Positions 59,319 to 64,000 of a stretch of DNA of 64,000 nucleotides are shown here, piece after piece. The notes under the pieces are model-generated. The model saw nothing but the letters and a program-made list of their open reading frames with translations. It made no database searches and was not told the DNA's origin. The translations under genes and the position numbers were made by a program. This DNA is from Candidatus Sericytochromatia bacterium (GTDB taxonomy: Bacteria; Cyanobacteriota; Sericytochromatia; S15B-MN24; UBA4093), in NCBI GenBank assembly GCA_036676985.1, contig JAKFBU010000077.1:32001-96000 (forward strand), read 5' to 3'. The stretch's first letter is position 1. Every line of letters starts with the position of its first letter.

Positions 59319-60557
59319 ATGGGCCGCCTTGTCGAACGTTATTGGGGATCAGACTGGGGTCGCATGGGAGGGCGACGCGCGCGGCGCGGCTTCACGTACT
59401 TTGCGTATGTACCATCGACTGTCAGCGATCTGGAGCTGACGTTGCCCGCGGATCTCGCAGCTGAAATGATGGAGACGGAAGCCCAACTAAGGGAATTACA
59501 GGGCGGCGCCAATCTACTGGGCCTCGAGTCGCTCAGCCGCCAGTTGCTCCGGGCCGAAAGTATCGCCTCGTCACGCATCGAGGGTCTCGAGCTTTCTCAT
59601 CGCCGACTCGTCACGGCGCTCTACGATCCGGATGTCGCGGACGAGACTGCCCGTTTCGTCCTGGGAAACATCGCCGCCATGGAGTCGGCGATCCGACTTG
59701 CCACGGAATCACAGACGTTCGGCCTTACGGAACTCCTGGAGATCCATCGCCAGCTTCTGGAGCGTACGCCACTCCAGCGGATCGCCGGCCAAATCCGACT
59801 TGATCAGAACTGGATCGGGGGAGGGGCGGCAGGCCCACGCAACGCCGAATTCATACCGCCACCTGAGGACGAGGTGGAGGCCTTGCTCGAGGACTTGTGC
59901 GTCTTCATCGAACGAGACGACTTGCCTGCGATTGTCCAAGCGGCGATCGCACATGCCCAGTTCGAGACCATACACCCTTTCGCCGATGGGAATGGGCGCG
60001 TCGGTCGTGCCCTTATTCATGCCATCCTGCGACGGCGAGGGGTTGCCACGACGATCGTTCCACCCATCAGCACCGTACTCGCCACCAACGGAGCGCGATA
60101 CGTGCAAGGTCTCACCAGTTTCCGGGAAGAAAACACGCTCGATTGGTGCACATTCTTCACCCGGGTGGTGGCAAGCGCGGTCCAGCACTCAAACGATCTC
60201 GCCCATCGCCTAACCGCCCTTCAGGCCCGCTGGCATGAACAGGCCCATCATCCTCGTCGCAACTCGACCGCCGAAAAGCTCATTCAATCATTGCCCTCCA
60301 GTCCCGTGTTGGATATCCGCCTCGCGGCCGAGGTGGCTCAGGTGAGTGAAGAAGCGGCTCGTTTGGCTATCAATGCGCTCGCTGAGGCTGATGTCTTGAG
60401 TCCCATTCGGGTCGGGCGACGTAGGGGCCAGGCATGGGAGGCCAAGGAGATCGTGGCCTTACTTGATAACTTCGAATGGGACCTCACGACTCCGACTCAA
60501 CCCGAGCAACCGCGTCGTCGATCGCCTCGTCGTCGAGTCGTCCCGATGGAGAAATGA
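59319..60557 (+). CDS. Fic family protein (class II-like) with C-terminal HTH-like region
   Basis: HPFADGNGRVGR catalytic loop; N-terminal SSRIEG inhibitory motif; AGGAGG RBS. Confidence 0.92.
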   Translation: MGRLVERYWGSDWGRMGGRRARRGFTYFAYVPSTVSDLELTLPADLAAEMMETEAQLRELQGGANLLGLESLSRQLLRAESIASSRIEGLELSHRRLVTALYDPDVADETARFVLGNIAAMESAIRLATESQTFGLTELLEIHRQLLERTPLQRIAGQIRLDQNWIGGGAAGPRNAEFIPPPEDEVEALLEDLCVFIERDDLPAIVQAAIAHAQFETIHPFADGNGRVGRALIHAILRRRGVATTIVPPISTVLATNGARYVQGLTSFREENTLDWCTFFTRVVASAVQHSNDLAHRLTALQARWHEQAHHPRRNSTAEKLIQSLPSSPVLDIRLAAEVAQVSEEAARLAINALAEADVLSPIRVGRRRGQAWEAKEIVALLDNFEWDLTTPTQPEQPRRRSPRRRVVPMEK

Positions 60558-60558
60558 G

Positions 60559-60621
60559 CGGCCCCCCGCCTAAGATGCAGGCGGGGGGCCGTTAGCGCGC
60601 CTGGCGAGACGACTATCGAAC
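60559..60621 (-). repeat. att-like junction 3
   Basis: Identical 30-bp core 60592-60621; hairpin 60559-60591. Confidence 0.85.
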
Positions 60622-60764
60622 CTTGGTAGCCAGGTTAAGTGATTTGCCGATCCGTCCTAACGCCTAAACTGGCCGTGTTTTCCTGGACGACGCTAGCCTT
60701 GGGGGCGGCTTTTAACTCGCCCAAGCCAATGAAGTCGAATCGCAGCATTGGCGAGGGGCAGACG

Positions 60765-62243
60765 CTACACGTTGGAATAGGCTCGCGTGCGCGCCACCCA
60801 GGCCATGACGTCCTCCTTGGGAGGCAAGTCTTGCAAGTCGATCAATGAGAGTTCGTCTTTCGAAATCGATTGGGACGCTACTAGACGATTGGCATGACGC
60901 TCGAGGATCTTCTCGAAAAAGTTTCTGACTTCGCGTGCATTGCCAAAACCAGGTCCTTTGTTCTTGTAGACGTAGTCGAGAATGACTTTCGTCCCCTGAA
61001 CACATCGCGGGGTCAATACATAGCCCGAATCTTCGGCCATTTTGAGGAGGATTGTATGCAGTTCCTCGGATGAGTAATCCGTAAATTCGATGTATTTGTT
61101 GAATCGCGAGCGCAGCCCCGGATTAGATTCGATAAAGTCCACCATTTTCTCGGAATAGCCAGCCACGATGACCACTAGGTCATCCCGCCGGTCCTCCATG
61201 AGCTTCAAAAGGGTGTCGATGGCTTCACGGCCAAAGTCATTGTCACTGCCCTTTGGCGCGAGCGAATAAGCCTCATCGATGAACAAGACGCCGCCGACAG
61301 CGCGTGAGACTACGTCACGCGTCTTGATCGCGGTCTGACCCACGTACCCCGCGACAAGACCGGATCGATCGACTTCGATCAAATGCCCCTTTGAAAGCAA
61401 GCCCAGCGAGCGGTAAACGTGCGCGAGGAGGCGGGCCACCGTCGTCTTGCCCGTGCCGGGATTACCCGAAAAGACGAGGTGCAGAGAAAGCGGAGGAACT
61501 GGTAGCCCCGCCTGCTCACGAAGCTGGCGGACGCGTAAGAGGTTCGTCAGGGTCAAAACGTCTTGCTTGACCGGACCCAAGCCCACCAATCGACTCAGCT
61601 GCTCCTGCAACTCCTCCCAACTCCTGGCAGGCTCCTGCTCGACCTGACTATCCTCTTGGAATTCGTCGTCCTCCTCATCGTCGAATGCTACCCGTATTCC
61701 GGTGCCGTCATCGGAAACGATCTCGATCTCGGCATCGCCATCCTCGACGTACACGCCGTTCATGCGGCAGATGACCTGAAAGCTAGAGATTGTTTGGTTG
61801 AGGAGATCGAGCTCGCTTTCCGTGATTTTTCCGTCAATCGCGATGAGAGTCTTGCCAAGAACCTCGAACAATCCGATTATGGCGTTCGCCATGGTGTTGT
61901 CCAGGTCCTTATCGCTTTCAATGGCTGCTTTTAGCAGCTGCGGAAAGCGAATGTGGTGATCGATTTCATCGGACAGAAAGGACTCGATGTAGCGGATCAT
62001 ATCTGCCTTGGAAAAGTCCAGATCCAACATCGTGCAGATGAGCTGATGCTCCTCGTCCGACAGATATTCGTCAGCCGATACGAGCAGGGCCGAAAAATAG
62101 AATAGGTTCTTGACGGTGACTTCCGACGGGTCCATATTCCGGACGATAAGGCGACTCCAGTAGCCTGCTTCCTTGAGGTTCTGAGCGCACTCGATGAGCT
62201 TTGTGGCGATGTGTTTGGCTTCTGCAACCTTCTGGGCGTTCAT
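60765..62243 (-). CDS. CbbX/SpoVK-type AAA+ ATPase with TerB-like N-terminal region
   Basis: LVGLGPVK, HLVFSGNPGTGKTTVAR, LVAGYVGQTA, FIDEAY, NPGLRSRF, GNAREVRN; N-terminal ADEYLSDEE and IDGKITESE. Confidence 0.85.
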   Translation of the reverse strand: MNAQKVAEAKHIATKLIECAQNLKEAGYWSRLIVRNMDPSEVTVKNLFYFSALLVSADEYLSDEEHQLICTMLDLDFSKADMIRYIESFLSDEIDHHIRFPQLLKAAIESDKDLDNTMANAIIGLFEVLGKTLIAIDGKITESELDLLNQTISSFQVICRMNGVYVEDGDAEIEIVSDDGTGIRVAFDDEEDDEFQEDSQVEQEPARSWEELQEQLSRLVGLGPVKQDVLTLTNLLRVRQLREQAGLPVPPLSLHLVFSGNPGTGKTTVARLLAHVYRSLGLLSKGHLIEVDRSGLVAGYVGQTAIKTRDVVSRAVGGVLFIDEAYSLAPKGSDNDFGREAIDTLLKLMEDRRDDLVVIVAGYSEKMVDFIESNPGLRSRFNKYIEFTDYSSEELHTILLKMAEDSGYVLTPRCVQGTKVILDYVYKNKGPGFGNAREVRNFFEKILERHANRLVASQSISKDELSLIDLQDLPPKEDVMAWVARTRAYSNV

Positions 62244-62259
62244 CTTGAAAAATTCCTGC

Positions 62260-63213
62260 TTATACTAGGCCATATTCGCGGAACAATTTCATCAGTTCAT
62301 TCCCATCGAGAAGTATTACTTGATTCTGTTGGGCATACTCGATGGCATCCGGTGATGTCTCGCCATTTGTGATGTAGACAATCTTGTCAAAGTTTCGGTT
62401 CCCCTTGGCAGAGAAAGGCATCATAAGCTGAAAGCGGGTGATGTACTCGTCTTCCCGAAAGTAGATGAGCCACTCTTGGCCCGACTCGAAGTGGCCGATC
62501 AGTTGCACGGCCTCATCCACATAACCAAGTTTCTCGAGCCGGCAGCGGAGTTTTCGAAATAGTTGAAAAACGAGCAGCTCCAAGCCTGATGTAGTTTCAG
62601 GCAAGGCCATGTCTTCACCAAAGGCGTCCACGTTCTCCAAATTGCCTGCCGTGCCTGCAATGAGTGCGTTGTTGTTTCTGGGCTTGGTTGGAGCCACGGG
62701 TGCCGCGTCGCTGCCGGAGGCAGCTTCTCGCTTTGGCGCCTTTTGCGGCTTGTGAGCATTGGATGGCGTTGGCTCTTGCCCCGTGCTCTCGGGTGGCGGA
62801 GCCACATAGTGTCCCAACGTAAGGAGGATCGTTCCGATTACGCAGGTGCTGAACCAGGCTGCTTGCCAGTCTGAGAAGCGGAATAACAGTTGTATCGGCA
62901 GAAAGAGGATCGCCGATACAACGAAGGCTCCAACAGCGACTTCCAGCGTAGTGAAGGGCTTGGAATCGACCGATGGTGCTTCCACTGCCTGGTTGGTCGA
63001 AGCCTTGAACGAGCGACCCGTCTTGGATTTCTGGCCATGGTTCACGGTGTAGGAAACGCCCGTTCCTGGCAACGAAACGGTAGTGCGGCTCCCATTCTTG
63101 CCTACGGTGTGCTTAAAGCCTTTTCCACCGAATGTCGTAGAAATCCCGCTCTTGCTGAAGTTAAGCGTGACGCCGGGCATCAGTTTTAGCCGACGTGAGA
63201 ATCTAAATCCCAT
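62260..63213 (-). CDS. DUF4236 membrane protein with degenerate Mrr-like C-terminal domain
   Basis: MGFRFSRRLKLMPGVTLNFSKSGIS..PGTGVSY; two TM; C-terminal ITNGETSPDAIEYA..ILLDGNELMKL. Confidence 0.78.
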   Translation of the reverse strand: MGFRFSRRLKLMPGVTLNFSKSGISTTFGGKGFKHTVGKNGSRTTVSLPGTGVSYTVNHGQKSKTGRSFKASTNQAVEAPSVDSKPFTTLEVAVGAFVVSAILFLPIQLLFRFSDWQAAWFSTCVIGTILLTLGHYVAPPPESTGQEPTPSNAHKPQKAPKREAASGSDAAPVAPTKPRNNNALIAGTAGNLENVDAFGEDMALPETTSGLELLVFQLFRKLRCRLEKLGYVDEAVQLIGHFESGQEWLIYFREDEYITRFQLMMPFSAKGNRNFDKIVYITNGETSPDAIEYAQQNQVILLDGNELMKLFREYGLV

Positions 63214-64000
63214 GGAACCTCGTGATGCAGATAGAAGATCTCGTCATTTGATCGGTATACCCGATCATTGGTTAATCGAAAGTAGAACAAATTTTCAAGC
63301 AGGACGGCAAGATAGGGGCAGCTTTCCTGCCTTTCACTGAAGTGGCCTCTTGGTTGGTTGAGAACTGCTGACCGATATGGCCGGGTGACCTCCCCCGGAA
63401 CCTTGGCTGTAGGGGATAACAGTCCTTGCTTGGGCTACGGTAAAGTGAGAGTGTCGCTCCGCGGTTGAGGTCCTTCCGAGGCGGTAAAACGGCCCAGCGG
63501 CTCTGTCGCTGGACCAAGGCGCGCTTGGAGAGGAAACGTTCGACCATTGGTCATCGGGTCATTGCGCTGGCGGGGAGATTAAGTCCTGACTAGGCCTCTG
63601 TTTCGGGGACCATGGCCGTAGGGCAGATTCGTCCTTGAGCGAGGTCTACCGAACCGCTGTCGGGAGTTCTACTTCACTGCCTGTTCGGCGTGCGTCGCGT
63701 CGAGTGAGGCGGTTGGTCGGTCAAAGGTCGCGCCTCGGCTGCCTCCTGTTGGGGGCAATCGTCCATAAACGACGCGACGGCAGCGCTTCTGGGCCACCCT
63801 TGCGCTTGGAAAAGAGTGCTTGCCTGGGCATAATGGAAGGGCCCCACGCCCGGAGGAGGATGCCATTTCAAGTCTGGTCCCTACCGTTGCAGGATACGTT
63901 CCCGACCTCTTGCTGACGTGGCCCGGATGGCATGCGGTCCCCGAGGCACGGATCGAGCGGTTACCGGGTGTCGTCCTCTTGGGGGACATCAGCGGCTTTA

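Noticed and set aside
57885-60621. CRISPR array (three identical 30-bp direct repeats)
   Set aside because: Intervals are 532 and 2115 bp and contain whole genes; no cas genes are present; the repeat resembles a tRNA 3' end.
57854-60621. Classical integron attC sites
   Set aside because: No RYYYAAC...GTTRRRY pair bounding a bulged hairpin that includes the core, the core is invariant, and no intI gene is in the window.
63214-64000. Short ORFs at the right end (63272-63547, 63635-63916, 63669-63989)
   Set aside because: No convincing RBS, codon bias or motifs; no fourth att copy was seen within the window.

Overview
GC-rich bacterial chromosomal window (about 55 credible CDS; most long opposite-strand ORFs in the track are high-GC shadows). 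Bases 1-56 kb are mostly housekeeping and regulatory genes: sucB/sucA, puuD, a PspA-like plus NfeD/SPFH module, hrpB, msrA, an aldehyde dehydrogenase, rex, a PLD/cardiolipin synthase, pepT, an OPT transporter, transketolase, topA, folE, a KimA/YdaO-like transporter, three paralogous orphan histidine kinases, a PP2C phosphatase and a DEAD-box helicase. Two regions stand out. (1) From about 57.8 kb, three identical 30-bp repeats (57885, 58447, 60592) each sit beside a related hairpin. On the minus strand each reads as a tRNA-Arg-like 3' end joined to an arm whose GTTCGA is displaced 5 bp relative to a real T-loop. They delimit integrase-less units of 562 bp, 2145 bp and at least 3.4 kb, carrying a small secreted Cys-rich protein, wHTH + Fic, and a TerB-like AAA ATPase + DUF4236/Mrr-like protein. 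I infer an integron-like cassette array at a tRNA, probably built by a large serine recombinase outside the window. (2) At 19.4-25.4 kb, next to rex, there are di- and penta-heme cytochrome c lipoproteins that share a diheme module, plus a His-rich membrane protein and YceI; part of this block is bracketed by two copies of a REP-containing MITE-like element. All family assignments come from motif recognition by eye; no database searches were run.
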